Assembly (NCBI GenBank): GCA_010093605.1
Contig: MU004181.1
Coordinates: 3,348,001 to 3,412,000 of the forward strand
Direction of reading: 5' to 3'
DNA from: Lophium mytilinum
Taxonomy: Eukaryota
DNA: 64,000 bases
Of this stretch, positions 12,790 through 25,270 are shown one piece after another (the first letter of the stretch is position 1; each line of letters opens with the position of its first letter). Under the pieces are notes generated by a model. It was not told the origin of the DNA. It was given only the letters and a program-made list of their open reading frames with translations, and did no database searches. The position numbers and the translations under genes are program-made.

Positions 12790-13065
12790 CTTATCCGTAA
12801 ATATGTATCACTTTCTAACCTAATCATCTAGCAAGCGAATTGCCTAGAGAATCCCACGAACTGATATCACTTTTCATTGGATATTTTTGGCGACCAAATC
12901 CCTGCCCTGCATGAACTTGCATGAACGAGTCCGGTTGTGGTATGGTTTTAGTTAGTGGCATTCAGCTCAGCCTCCACCGTCATCCTTCACGGGGGATAAG
13001 CAACGTCTAACATCAACCTAACAGCTCGAGCGCTCATAAAGCATAGACGTGTTGCTAATCTATCA
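12790..13065. promoter_or_regulatory. Divergent promoter shared by the transporter and TF, with GATA (AreA/Nit2-type) elements
   Basis: CTTATC at 12790, GATAAG at 12995 and CTATCA at 13060 lie within the 455-bp head-to-head intergenic region. These are short motifs and function is inferred. Confidence 0.35.
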
Positions 13066-13092
13066 GGTCGGCAATGAAGCATCCACGTAGAA

Positions 13093-15207
13093 ATGTCCGT
13101 AAACCCGGTCGGCAAGAGCATGAATCTACACAAGAAACGGCGATCAAAGACAGGTTCGTTTCTTTCCCTCGTCGCCTAGGCTTCTCCACTCTACTAACTG
13201 AGGGGAAGGCTGCGAGACATGCCGCTCAAAACATGTTCGCTGCGATGAGAAGCAGCCAAACTGTACTCGTTGCAGCCGGCTTAGCCTTATCTGCTCGTGG
13301 TCAAAGGGACGCACGCCTCTCAGACTTCAGCGACGAGGCTACGGACCTGTAAAGTCACGACATGGGTTCCAGCCAAAAGAGATATTACCAAATATGCCAT
13401 CAACTATTGGTGAAACCGACCTCCTGCCTGTGATCGGAACGGCTACTTCACACGGCGATTCTCAAACCGGTGATGGCCTTGGGGCACCCCTACCATCGGC
13501 AAGTCAAGTGCAACACACCCCTCAAGAGCTTCTAAATCTTCCGCTCGAGGTGTCTACCATGAGTCTAAGCCCACCGATGGATTCCCCATTATACTGCTCC
13601 TTCCAAGCCGGAGATAACCCAGAGAGATGCGGACCCGGTGCATGGTGGCCCGGCTGGGACATCGACAATGAAACCTTACCATTTGATTTCCTGCCATCTC
13701 CTAGCAACTCAGCTATCGAGATGTATACAAAAGGGCCGGTATCTTGTCTCAATATCGAGAACTTGAAGCGCATCTTCCCGAGCAGTGGAAGCGACAATCT
13801 ACAGTCTGCGAGGAAAATGCCCGGACTCCTACAGCAACCTTCTGCTTCATTATCCGACCATCACGTCGCGCTACCGAACTCGTTGTTACTCACTGCTCCG
13901 GAGCATGAAGCTCTGAGACACTATCAGACCACGTATTCGCTATATCGAACGACAAAAGACCCTCATTGGTCCACCCACAAAGTGCTGTTGAGTCTTGGAT
14001 CTTACAATCCTATGATCATGCACTTCCTGCTCGCGGTGTCGATAGACGATTATTCCCTCCGAAAGGGCCATCGCTCGTCGTCCCAGGAAGCGGAGAGTCA
14101 CTTTCAGGAAGGAGCTCGGCTTCTTATTGAAATGATGAAACGTGGCGCGGAAGAGGACCATGTTTCAACCATGGCGGCATACTTCTTCATTTACTTGTAC
14201 ATGTCGAAGAGGAAGTCTACTGCACCATATCGGCTAAATCAGCTTAGTTTGACCGTGTTGGATTACGTGGAGAGGCACGAGCTTAATCATCGTTGCGTAA
14301 ACTTCTCCGATAGCTCAACGACTCTGGTCACTAATTCCACCAAAACTGACAATAGCCTCCTGGCTCGACTCATCATGTGGACCTATGACGAGGATGTCAA
14401 GTGCAGCTTCCAAAGTACTGGTGGACATCTAGCACGGCATCTCACGCAGCATAGTGCCAGGACTAAAGATGTTTACGAGGCATCACGTAATGCCCTCGCA
14501 ACTCACTGGGGAGCGGAGTATCCGAATTCTCAGCAGCTCGACGACGACCTGAACTCCACAGTACTCGAGTTCCTGTGGGCATTGATGCCGTTATGGCAAG
14601 ATATCAACGACCTGCCACACGAACAGGACTTCAACTCCTTGGAGTTGCGGTCACGAATTGAGCAAACCTTTTTCTATTTAGAACAGGTTCGTAAGCCATT
14701 CCTAAGCATCGAACCGTCTAATGTATGCAGAAATACTCCGCCGTCTTCCGCCTCTCAGCCGACGCAGGGACTAAACCTCGTCCACGAGTCCTCGTCAATG
14801 CCGATTTCGATGTCGTGCTCTTCAGTGCGCTACAAATCTATTACTTCCGATCCACTCTCTCAGATTTGAGCATAGAGACGCCTTCACACGTCCAGAGCGC
14901 CCTCAAGACCCTCTTGACCATCATCCAGCGAACCTTCGCTTCGCGAGGCACAGAACTCCATGATAGATTACAATGGCCACTTTTCCTTGCCGGAATTGAG
15001 ACGGATGATGTGATCTACAAGGACTGGATCTTTTCCAGACTGACGAGTGAGCGAGTGGCTACGGCCTTGCAACGCACTGTGGATGCCCAGGCTTTATCAG
15101 GCAAGCGGTATAGGATGGCTGAGATACGGCAGATGCTATATGACACTGATGATCTTAGTTTGCCTGGGGGCAGCACGGGTTTTCTAAGTGCTATCCAAGA
15201 TATGTAG
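13093..15207 (+). CDS. Zn(II)2Cys6 transcription factor with fungal_trans_2-type domain, 3 exons
   Basis: ATG 13093. Splicing the GTTCGT...AAG intron gives KKRRSKTGCETCRSKHVRCDEKQPNCTRCSRLSLICSW, in frame with ORF 13394. The last exon carries LQWPLFLAGIET. Confidence 0.92.
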
Positions 15208-15969
15208 ACGGGATACCCGGTATGTATTGTGAAAAAAAGACAGAGCGATGCATGAAGTTTCAAACTCAGGGTACTAATTATCGTCACAAGCTATTGATCT
15301 GTGCACCTCGTTTGACACTACTTGGGGTGCCCTTATGGGGTTATAGAAATATAGGCACGATTCCAATCTCATGTAGTGAGATTCAAACTGCCTCTTGACT
15401 GGATGTCTTTCTAAGGTAGCAATGGGCCTGCTCCTACAAGTAGTAGCTAGCATTCAAAAACGGCACCCAAGCAGCGGCATGTTCTTTGGTCCAGACGTAA
15501 GACCTGATACTACGTGGGATGGCTTCAAAGCATCTCTAAAGATTTGGCAGGAATGTAATCTCACAGTCGTATCTGCGTATCTGACCGTCTCCTCAGCTCC
15601 AAGCCGCCTCAAGAGATTGTGTCTTAGCCGACTGGATAGATTGACAGGCGTTATTACTAGGCGAGGGTCGAGCTGAGCTGCACGCCGAGTATTCTAGCCA
15701 ATCATTTCGTGAGCTAAGTGATACCTATTTTGGTGTGGTGCGCTGATCAACCATCAACCATGGCTTGTTCCGTCCGTTTGCATCACCTATGTACGAGCAT
15801 GAGACGCTATTAAACCTAAAGCACCCCGCACTTGAATCGAAGACTACATGACTCCTCTGTCGATCTCATGTAATACTTGAAGAAATTCTATACCCATACT
15901 ACGCTCAGATTTTCATGCTTCAGTTATAAAATAGCCGGAGTATACTCATTGAACAGTTATAATACCATT

Positions 15970-17406
15970 ATGGGCCACACGAAGCTCCAAGATACCAACC
16001 AGAATGGCACCATCAACATATCTGAGATTCAGCAACAAATCAACAACTCCATCCAAAACCTCGACACCGAGCTCCGAGATATCAACCACAAAGTACCCAT
16101 CCCCCTCCCAAACACCACCCCTCCCCCAACCTAACACCCCCCCGCAGATCCACTCAAACCCCGAACTCGCCTACTCCGAACACCTCGCCCACGCCAACAT
16201 CGTCGCCCTCCTCGAATCCCACTCCATCCCCGTAACCCCCCACGCCTACAACCTCCCCACCTCCTTCTCCGCGACCCACGGCCACGGCGGCCGCCTCGTC
16301 GTCTTCAACGTCGAGTACGACGCCCTCCCCGGCATCGGCCACGCCTGCGGCCACAACCTCATCGCGACCGGCTCGCTCGCCGCCTTCTTCGCCGTCGTCG
16401 CCCTACTGCAGCAGCGTCAACTCCCCGGCCGCGTGTGCGCGCTCGGCACGCCCGCCGAGGAGGGCGGCGGCGGCAAGATCAAGCTGATCGACGCGGGCGC
16501 GTATAGCGGCGTCGACGCGTGTCTAATGGCGCATCCCATGTCCGGGCACATGTTCCCCACGAAGACAGCCGTCGCGGGCCTCGCGTACGGCACGTCGGTC
16601 GCCAGCGCGAAGTTCCAGGCCGTGTTTACGGGGCGCACGGCGCATGCGGCGGCGAGTCCGCAGGACGGGGTGAATGCGTTGGACGCGGCGGTGCTGGCGT
16701 ATAGCGGGATTAGCATGCTGCGGCAGCAGATCTTGCCGGCGCAGCGGATCCATGGGATTATTCTCGAGGGTGGGGCGAAGGCGAACGTGATTCCTGCGAG
16801 GGCGGTGATGGATTATAATGTGAGGGGGAGGACGTTGAGGGAGACGAAGGTGCTGCAGGAGAGGGTGGTGAATTGTTTTAAGGGGGCGGCGGTCGCGACG
16901 GGGTGTGAGGTTGAGTTTGAGGAGTGAGTGTTTTTAGGGGGATGTGCTGCGATGAGATGTGCTGACTTTGGTTTAGGACGAATAATTACGCGGAAGTGGT
17001 GCCGAATCGGGCTCTTTGCACGGCGTATTCGAAGTTCATGCTCGAGCTCGGTGCACCGCAATTGTGCGAGGCTGATAAGGAGGGCAGCGAGCCGCATCCG
17101 GGATCTTACTCCACAGATCAAGGTGATATCCCAGGTCCAGGGCATTCCTGTTTTCGGTGTTGACAATTCCTAGGCAATGTTTCTCAAGTATGCCCAGCGT
17201 TTCATCCCGTCTACAACATTCCATCGGACGACGGAGCGTCGAACCATACGAAGGAATTCACGAAGGCAGCCATTTCCGAGGAAGGGTATCAATTGACGAT
17301 ACAGACGGCTCAGGGAATGGCGGCTACTGCTTGGAAATTACTGACTGATGACGACTTTGCTGGAGAAGTGAAAGCGGATTTTGAGAAGGATCAGAAGCAA
17401 AGGTAG
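15970..17406 (+). CDS. Peptidase M20 family amidohydrolase (PM20D2/AbgB-like), multi-exon
   Basis: ATG 15970; intron 16093..16147. Motifs IHSNPELAYSE, EYDALPGIGHACGHNLI, LGTPAEEGGGGK, GRTAHAA..PQDGVNALDAAV, STDQG/NVS, HPVY; TAG at 17404-17406. Confidence 0.93.
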
Positions 17407-17636
17407 CGTTCTTAAAGTGAATCTCGGCTGAGTGAAACCGTAGCCAGCAAGCAAGGTGGGAAGTTAGCATAAATACCAATCGTACTCGAGACTCCATGAC
17501 TCCATGACTCCTCGCAGCTTAATTCAATGTGTTCTTGATATCCTACCTAGTCAACACCATCTACTTCAGATGCGCTCCCCCTCTTAACGCAATCCCACCT
17601 GTTCCAGAACGCCACAGATAAGGGATAAAATGCTCA

Positions 17637-18977
17637 CTACAACTCTTTCTTCCCACCTTTCTTGATCGCGGCCTCCTTCTTCGCCCTCTCCTTCGCTAGT
17701 TTCTCCCTTCTTGTAATCAACCCCTCAAACCCAACCCCACCAAACACGAGGCTCACACCCACCCACTGCATGCCTGAGATCACGTGCCCGAACCAGACCA
17801 CACTCAGCAGCATCGTCAGCATCTTGCGCGTCACTGTCACCGTGACGAGCAACAAGCTCGAGAAATGCGACAGTGTGTAGAAAATAAAAACCTGCCCAAC
17901 AGCGCCACACACCCCGAAGCCGAGCACTTCCCAGCCGACGTCCGGGTACGTTGTGACGAAGTTTAGAGCTTCTTTCAGCTCGCCTCCATTGCTGGAAAGT
18001 CCGAACCAGTCGCCAAGGCCTGTGGCTGCGAGGTATGGCGAGAGGAACAGGTAAGAGACTGTCAGAAGCGTGGCCATGATGTTCTGGGCACACATCATCT
18101 GCGGGCCGGTGTAGGGGCGGTAGGTGGTGAAGATATTATCCTGGACGGTATTGGTAACGCCGTCGAAGAGAAGGTTGACGCCAAGGAGGAAGAGGCCAAG
18201 GTTTGAGTTTCCATTCAGGTTGGTACTCTTGCTGGCCTTCTTGGCCGTGCTCGGATGATGCAGTGTAAAGACTGCCACGCCGAGGGTCACCATGGCTACG
18301 ACCATGTATTTGTATATGGGGTACCGCTTTTGGAAGACGGTTAAATGGAGGAACATGACTGGCAGTAGCTTGCAGCTCTTGGCCAGAATGAAAGTTATAT
18401 AGTCTAGGTGTTTCAGGCTCGCGTAGCCGAAAGGTGAGGCTAGGGAGCTAGTGACGGCGATGAGCGAGAGGGGGAGCAGAATGGCGCGGGAGGGAAAGAT
18501 GGGTGGTATGGAGCGTCCGGACGCGTTTTTCGGAGCAGAGAGGTATAAGTAGACATAGCCTGTCAAAGCTGCTAAAGCGGACTGGACGGTGTTTAGGAAA
18601 ACCGAGTAATTGAATTTTTGCGATTTCGGTCCGTAGGTTGTGGTGTGTATGCGCTCTTGGAGAAGTGCCCAAGTCAAACTGTAATCCGGTGTCAGATTAG
18701 CACAGTGTCCTCGTCGAGACATTCACGCTTCAAGCGTCCTGTGCTGCCGTACGCCACAGTTCTAGTCTACGTACAAGCTCATGTATATCCCTCCTATGCA
18801 TATTGCCAACTGCGTAAGCCCTGCTTGCTTGGGCTCCGCATCTTCCTGTCTAGTCCCCTTTGCATTTCCGTTCGCGTTGCCGTTCAGGCCCATGTGCTTG
18901 TCGATGGCGCCATTCGAGCGTTTAAAGACTTCGGAGGGTTCGCGGCGCATTGGCGTAGATTGCTTCGTGCGTGCCAT
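17637..18977 (-). CDS. HUT1: UDP-galactose transporter homolog (UAA family), 2 exons
   Basis: MARTKQ... start; LQERI, SPFGYASLKHLDYITFILAKSCKLLPVM, LLFDG, VTVTVTRKMLTMLLSV; ends in GKKEL (ER-retrieval-like). Confidence 0.93.
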
Positions 18978-19674
18978 TGCACTTCAACTGGCTCGAGACG
19001 TAGGTGATAGGATAGTAGAGGACTCGAAGGTTGCGCGAGGGAGAGAGTGGAATGCGCCGGGCTGAATGAGTGGCTTTCAGCTTTACTTAAAAGGCAAAGA
19101 ACATAAGTGAGAGACTTGAAAAGTAGTGCCTAGTATGGCTGGATATGTCAAAGATATAGTAGGAAATAGCGGAAGGAGTGGCTGTTGATGATGATCTGGC
19201 AACTTCAACCTTTGATGATGGTCTCGGGGTTTATGCCCCTGTCGCCGGGAGCTTCAGCCTCGATCACACCCCTATAAATACCCTCGTCGCCTCCCGAGGT
19301 CCCAGACCATCACCCCACAACACCTATTAGTATCTAGGTGCTTTTGGGGCTTGAAAAGTGGCAACGCTCATGCCTCGATAGTTAGATCCGGTTACCTGCA
19401 TATGCCGCTGCCCAAGCGCTTCAACGTAACCAAAACGAATCTAGGAAATTGTCGTAAATCCACTAAGGCAACCTAGGTAGCACTATGTTCAAAAGATTTG
19501 ACAGGATGATCCTATGCCTGTCGAGAACTCGGTCAAGAGAACTCCAATATCTATGGTATCACAGAGCCGTAAAGCCCAATCTGTCATATGACTTCTTCGA
19601 TTGGAACTGCTCATTAAGTATTACCCCGGGGCTAACACCGCCACTATCATACAAGTCTACCGCCCGCCTACCAC

Positions 19675-21397
19675 TCAATCCTCCATCATCCGCCTCAATT
19701 CTCGTTTCTTCTCCTCGTCCTCCTTGACTTTCGAGACAGCCTTGTAGATGTGAAGAAACATGACCGTCCCCTCTGGCACGTTCTCTCCTATCCCGATCCG
19801 CTCCCTCAGAGACTGCACCTTTTCCCTCTCGGTAGCGAACACATCAGCGCCAACCGGATATCCGAATAGCTTTTCCAGTCCTACCGTCTTACTAGCTAGT
19901 CCGAGTTCCCTGTCCATTGCGATTTTGAGGGAGCGATCGACGCGGTCGTTGACTAGGGAAGCAAGAATTAGTATATCTGCATGTATGAGGATCCCTACGG
20001 TAGCCTAGTGTGCCGAATGGCTCTTGAAGAAGATATATCCACACGAATAAATGAACAAGTAAATACAACTTACGAAACAGCCAGACCCCACTCCCACAAT
20101 CAATCCCCGGATTATTCGCCAGCGCCATCGCCTCCGTCCGCGTCCCGATCTTTTTGAACCGCCACTTCAACGAATCCATTACGATGAATCGTTCCTTTCT
20201 CTTCGCCGCAATCCTCCTCTCATTTAGCGCATTCTGGATTCGTTCCGTTTTAGCTATCCTGGCCGCTACCCCAGTAGCCCTCGTATCAGGGGATACCCTA
20301 CGTTTGGCGTAGCCTTTGACCATCTCGTCCACTTGCAAGAACTCAGACTTGCCTAGAGGGTCGTTCCAGATGGTGTCGCGAGTATGTCTTGGCCTGTCCT
20401 CGCTACGCATCCGCCCTTCCGTTGCCTTTACTCCCTCATGCCTGTTCTTGCTATCTCGAACAAGTCCGGACGGCGGAGTAGGGCGGCCTTTAACCATCTC
20501 GTCCATTACCAAGAACTCAGACTTACCTAGAGGATCGTTCCAGATGGTGTTGCGAGTATGTCTTGGCCTGTCTTCGCTACGCATCCGCCCTTCCGTTGCC
20601 TTCACTCCCTCATGCCTGTTCTTGCTATCTCGAACAAGTCCGGACGGCGGAGTAGGGCGGCCTTTAACCATCTCGTCCATTACCAAGAACTCAGACTTGC
20701 CTAGAGGATCGTTCCAGATGGTGTTGCGAGTATGTCTGGGCCTGTCCTCGCTACTCATCCGCCCTTCCGTTGGCTTCAATCCATCATGTCCATTTTTGCT
20801 ATCTCGAAAAAGTCCGGACGGCGGAATAGGGCGGCCTTTGGTCATCTCTTCCACCGTCTCATCCACCAGCAGGAGCTCAGACTTGCCTATAGGGTCGTTC
20901 CAAATAGTTGTGCGATCGTTCCTAGGCACGCCACGTATCCACTCCTCCAAAGGCTTCAATCCATCATGTTCATTTTTGCCATCTCGAACAAGTCCGTACC
21001 GTGTCGTAGGGCGGCCTTTAAACACCTCGTCTGCTATCTCGCCTGAGAAATCGGACTTGCCTAGGGGGTCGTTCCAAATGGTGTCGCGATAATGCCTAGG
21101 CCCGTCCCCGCCACGCATCCGCCCCTTCGTCGGCTTCCCGCCATCATGCCCATTTTTGCCATCCCGAACCGGTCCGGGCAGCGGAGTAGAGTACGCAAGA
21201 CCCGCCTGCCCGGTAACCGCCGGCGACATGGCCTCATCCCGGATCCAGACTTCCTGCGACGCCGTCGGCCGCGCTCTCTTGGCGTCGAGAAAGATATGCT
21301 GAGGACAGATGGTCTCGCATTGGAGGATTAGCTTGGTACGGAGAAGCGAGATGTCTGGCCTTATTTTGGCTGGCGGCTGTGGGATGGTGAGCGACAT
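19675..21397 (-). CDS. Hypothetical protein with five ~58-aa tandem repeats and one predicted TM helix, 2 exons
   Basis: 501-codon ORF from ATG 21397. Intron 19998..19953 (GTAGGG...CTAAT...TAG) joins TLGY to LNDRVDRSLKIAMDRELG...RRMMED*. Repeat indels preserve frame. Confidence 0.65.
20316..21190 (-). repeat. Coding tandem repeat: 5 units of 174-186 bp
   Basis: The anchor ACTCAGACTT(G/A)CCTAG and variants recur at 20341, 20515, 20689, 20875 and 21049 (spacings 174, 174, 186, 174). Each encodes TIWNDPLGKS(E/D)F-like peptides. Confidence 0.95.
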
Positions 21398-21569
21398 GGT
21401 GCTGATGGCATTTGGCTGGTCCGGGTTGAGATGGAAGAGAATTTGATGAGGCTGATGAGAAGATGATGGCGGTCGGAGGTTCGAAGCTGGCTGGATGTGA
21501 TGACGACTGAAGACGCCGAGCGGGTATGATCGACAGCTGACTTGTCAAGATGATCGAAGGAGAGATGGG

Positions 21570-22052
21570 TTAGAGACGCCGAGAGAGGGCTTTTAGTGGC
21601 TGGCTTGTCAAGGCGGAAAACGATGGAGGCGTCAAAGCGGGCAGAAGAGACGGAGATTGAGGACGGTGTAACGAGTAACAAGAAGCCGGTGATGAGTGTG
21701 GGCAAAGGTAATGGCTCGGATTAGAGAAATCTAGACGAGCAAAGGCTGGCGCAGGTGAGAACTCAATAAGTGGAGTATGAGGAAAGGTTGTGCTCTCAGA
21801 CGGAAAGGCGGCCGCAGAAACAAGAGAGGCTTCTCTGATGTACTCTGTGCCGTCAGTTTCGTGGAAGATTGAGCCTGAAAAGCCCAGGGCGGTGGCAGAG
21901 GAGGCGAGAATGAGGAGGCGGAAGGAGAATGCGGCCCAGTGACTGTAGAAGAGTTGAGCGCCCCAAATGAGGTCGAAGGTGAGAGCGCAGTAGATGAGCG
22001 TGAGGAGAAAGTGTGGCTTCAAGCGAAAGACGGTAGTAGCGCTGCAGACACA
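21570..22052 (-). CDS. Possible hydrophobic exon or gene fragment of unknown function
   Basis: Acceptor-like CTTAAC...CAG near 22053 precedes an open frame encoding HFLLTLIYCALTFDLIWGAQLFYSHWAAFSFRLLILASSATALGFSGSIFHETD (two TM-like segments). No complete gene model could be built. Confidence 0.25.
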   Translation of the reverse strand, partial: CVCSATTVFRLKPHFLLTLIYCALTFDLIWGAQLFYSHWAAFSFRLLILASSATALGFSGSIFHETDGTEYIREASLVSAAAFPSESTTFPHTPLIEFSPAPAFARLDFSNPSHYLCPHSSPASCYSLHRPQSPSLLPALTPPSFSALTSQPLKALSRRL

Positions 22053-23125
22053 CTGTGAGTGCGTTAAGAGGTGCAGGTGCCGTAATTGAGCGTGCAGTGG
22101 ACAAGAAAAGCGTTTGTCGTTGAATTAAGGTCGTGGGCGGGTGGAAGCAGGAGAACAAGCAAGTAAAAGACGCGGCAACATTGGAACATGAAAAACGCAC
22201 GTCGCCTGCTCGCCTTCCTAAAGAAAGTAAAGCCAGACGTCATACTGATGCCCAGCTTCACAATTGGGTGGGCAATCTGGAAGGTTAGACCTGTTCATGA
22301 ACTATACGCGCTACCTAGTTCACATTGTCATCTACACATCACATTAATTGAGTCCAAAGGATTCACAAGAGAGACTAGATCGTTCTCAAATTATCCAGTT
22401 GTCTAGCCGCACTAGCATTACTCTACATACATAGGTGTCGAAAGATATAAAGTAATTCCCCTGCACGTGCAGCCTATATCCGTCGGTCGCTCGAGAGAAG
22501 ACAAGAGGGGTTTAGTGTAGGTGTGGAAGGTAGTTGCCCAGCTGGCTAGGGTCTGTGATGGACTATCGTAGTGTGGAGCGGGAAAGGGGTGAGCCGAGAG
22601 TAGGACAATGTGTTCGAAGGAGTGGGTGTAAGGTGTGAGAGCCGGAGGAAGTATGTTTGGGTTGACGGGGTAGAGGGAGTGTGATCGGTGGAAGAGTGGT
22701 GCATCCGCCTGCCTGGCGGAACCAATAGAAAGGAAATGAAAAGAGCCTCAATGCTGCTCCTAGCTTCCACCAGGGCGGCTGCCAGAAGCTCGGATATCAA
22801 AGCATAAGTCATGAATCGTAAGCCGCTCAATTTGCAGATCGATTGTCCGGGGCAGACGACAAGAACAAAAAGAAAACTCGAGTCCGGCCCAGGCAGGTGT
22901 TGGAAGGGCAGAAGAAGGACATTGCTTTTGTTGGGAAGAAAAGTGGTATCCAGCCATGATGGAAGGAAGTAGGTGGGGTGTTCAGTGAGGGTTGAGAAGG
23001 ACGCAAGCGACGCTGGGCGCGCAAGCGTTGCGCATCGGCCGTGAGCCTGTTCGACATCTAATCCATGGGGTGTCCAAGAATCAGGGAATCCAGGAGAGAG
23101 ATCCGAGTTTCTACCATGTCTGTCC

Positions 23126-24346
23126 CTACTCTTGTACCTGGCTACGCCTCATCTTCTCAGCCTCTAGGTTCTCGTACAGCAGATACAGAGCCTTCTCGTT
23201 GCTAGCCGAGCTGCCAGTGATGGTGAACATTCTCTCGCCAGAGTCGTCATGTGGTGCCTTCGCAATGGAGATGCGAGCACCGGAGCTCTTGCGAATCTCG
23301 CTAATCTTGCTGCCTCCGCGGCCGATGATGCAGCCAACCATGTCTGAAGGGATGCTGATGTTCTGGGTCTGCATCTCCTCTCCATCCTCGGTGTGTGTTG
23401 GGGGAGGCGGCCGGTTTCCGACCTCAGATCCAGACCGTCGATTGTTGTAGGTGTTGGGTGGCGAGTCGCTGAAGTCCGCGCCGTGTCCAGTACGGTTGTA
23501 AGAGCGGGGTGCACCGCCGCCAATTCCAGCGGGAATTCCACCACCGTTGGGGATTGGGCCAGCTCCAGGAGCAACTCTGACGGCTGGGTTGTAAAGAACT
23601 GTTCCGTAGCCGCGCTCGCTGTCATCGATCAGGCACTTGCCAATCTCCCAGACAGCCTTCTCAATTCCTCCGGGCGCGCCTTGAACCTCGACAATGCGCT
23701 CAGTAGATTGTGGCAGCATCTCCTTCTGTGCCACCATGCGAACGCCTGAGACGTCCTGAATCTGCTTGATCTTGAGGCCCTGGCGGCCGATGATGGTACC
23801 CATTTGGTTGTGGGATATGAGCAGGCGAACAGCTAGTGGGTCATTCGGTAAGCTAGGGAGCTGCTTGCAGCAAGACAATCAAGGGAAAGGTGTACTGGTA
23901 GGGAAAGGGTGCTGGGCAAGATGAAAGGGAAGTCGCGTCAACTTACGGTGAGTGCCATCACTCCTGAGCAAGCCGCCCATGCCCATCTGGGGGGCGCCTT
24001 CGAGCAGTCCCCTGGCAACAAGGCCATAGGCCTTTGCGATGCCACGGAGAGCACCGGTGACGGTGAGCACACGGTCGTGAACTCCTGGGACGACCTTGCT
24101 GACGCCGGCGCGGACACCAGTCTCGTCGCGCAGGTCAGCGACATTCTTGCCGGCCTTGCCAATGATAACACCCGCTTCCTTGGAAGAGACTATGGCGCGC
24201 AAAGTAAGGGACGACTCGGCGTATTCTTCTTCGGTCCTGGGCGTGGGCTCGCCGTCCTGGCCGTCACCAAGGCTGGTCCGGCCGAACGCGTGCGATAGTT
24301 CATTGACATCCTGAGGGGTAGCTCCGGTGACATCTTCAGACGACAT
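23126..24346 (-). CDS. Triple-KH-domain RNA-binding protein (Rnc1/Pbp2/hnRNP-K-like), 2 exons
   Basis: ATG 24346 MSSEDV. Three GxxG KH loops: AGVIIGKAGKNV, MGTIIGRQGLKI, VGCIIGRGGSKI. Confidence 0.94.
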
Positions 24347-25270
24347 GATGTATGAATGAGCTGTCGAGGTCTGCGCGGGGTTAGCTCGGGCACGATAGCA
24401 GCTCCGCATCTCTGCGAGCTCGATTCTACTTACGAGGGAGACGGATCAGGAGATGGATGGGTTGAGGGCGATGAGAGAAGCTAGGGAGAGCTTGGGGCTG
24501 CGAACGATGAGCGCTGCTGGCGGATCGACGTGACGGGAGCTTTGGGGCATGCAGGGCACTTACGAGAGGTCACGGCGAGAAGCGGGGGTGAAGGGAGGGC
24601 GAATTGGGTGGCGGAGAGAAGGCTCGGAGAGGTCGGGCGTGGTGAAGGGGAGGAGAGGGGCGGATGGAGCGGAGGGTGATGAGTGGCAGCGCGGTGTGTC
24701 GATGTTGGCGGAGAGAGAGTGTTGAGGCGACGAGGTGGAAGACAAAGAGTAGAAATTATGGCCCGCGGGTCTTAGCGAGGTCGCTCTTTCAAGTTGCGTC
24801 AAGCTTCCGCCGAGCTACTGTCACGCTTGTGGCTGCCCGGGTGGAGTGCAGCAAGAGTGGTGCAGCAGGCGGGTAGGAGGAATTAATGCTTTACAGATAT
24901 ACTTCGTAGAGCCGAATCTGCTGCAGGAGTGCAATTGCGCAGCTCTTTGCCTGCTGCAGCGCTGCCTCCACCGCTGAAAACGCACGTCCACGACCCCGCT
25001 GCCAAGAGCAGGGTTGCATGCGAAAGCTCCACGTTGCTATTGCTGTCTACTTCGGCCCAGTGCCAGGCTCCCCGTCACAGCCGTGAACTGCAGGCCGTGT
25101 TCCTCGACGTCGAGAAGGGCAGCGAATCGGTCTACACCTCTCAAGAAAGTCACTTCCAGGCAAAAATTCATCACGTACCTACTCATAAAACTTTTCGATT
25201 CGTAGCATCAACCCCTTTGAGTTCACACACGTCAAGAAGCCGATCCCAGGTATATGTAGTAGAGAACCAG

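Noticed and set aside
20316..21092. 258-aa + strand repeat ORF; possible CRISPR-like array
   Set aside because: It is the antisense shadow of the coding repeat. Units are contiguous with no unique spacers, and the DNA is eukaryotic.
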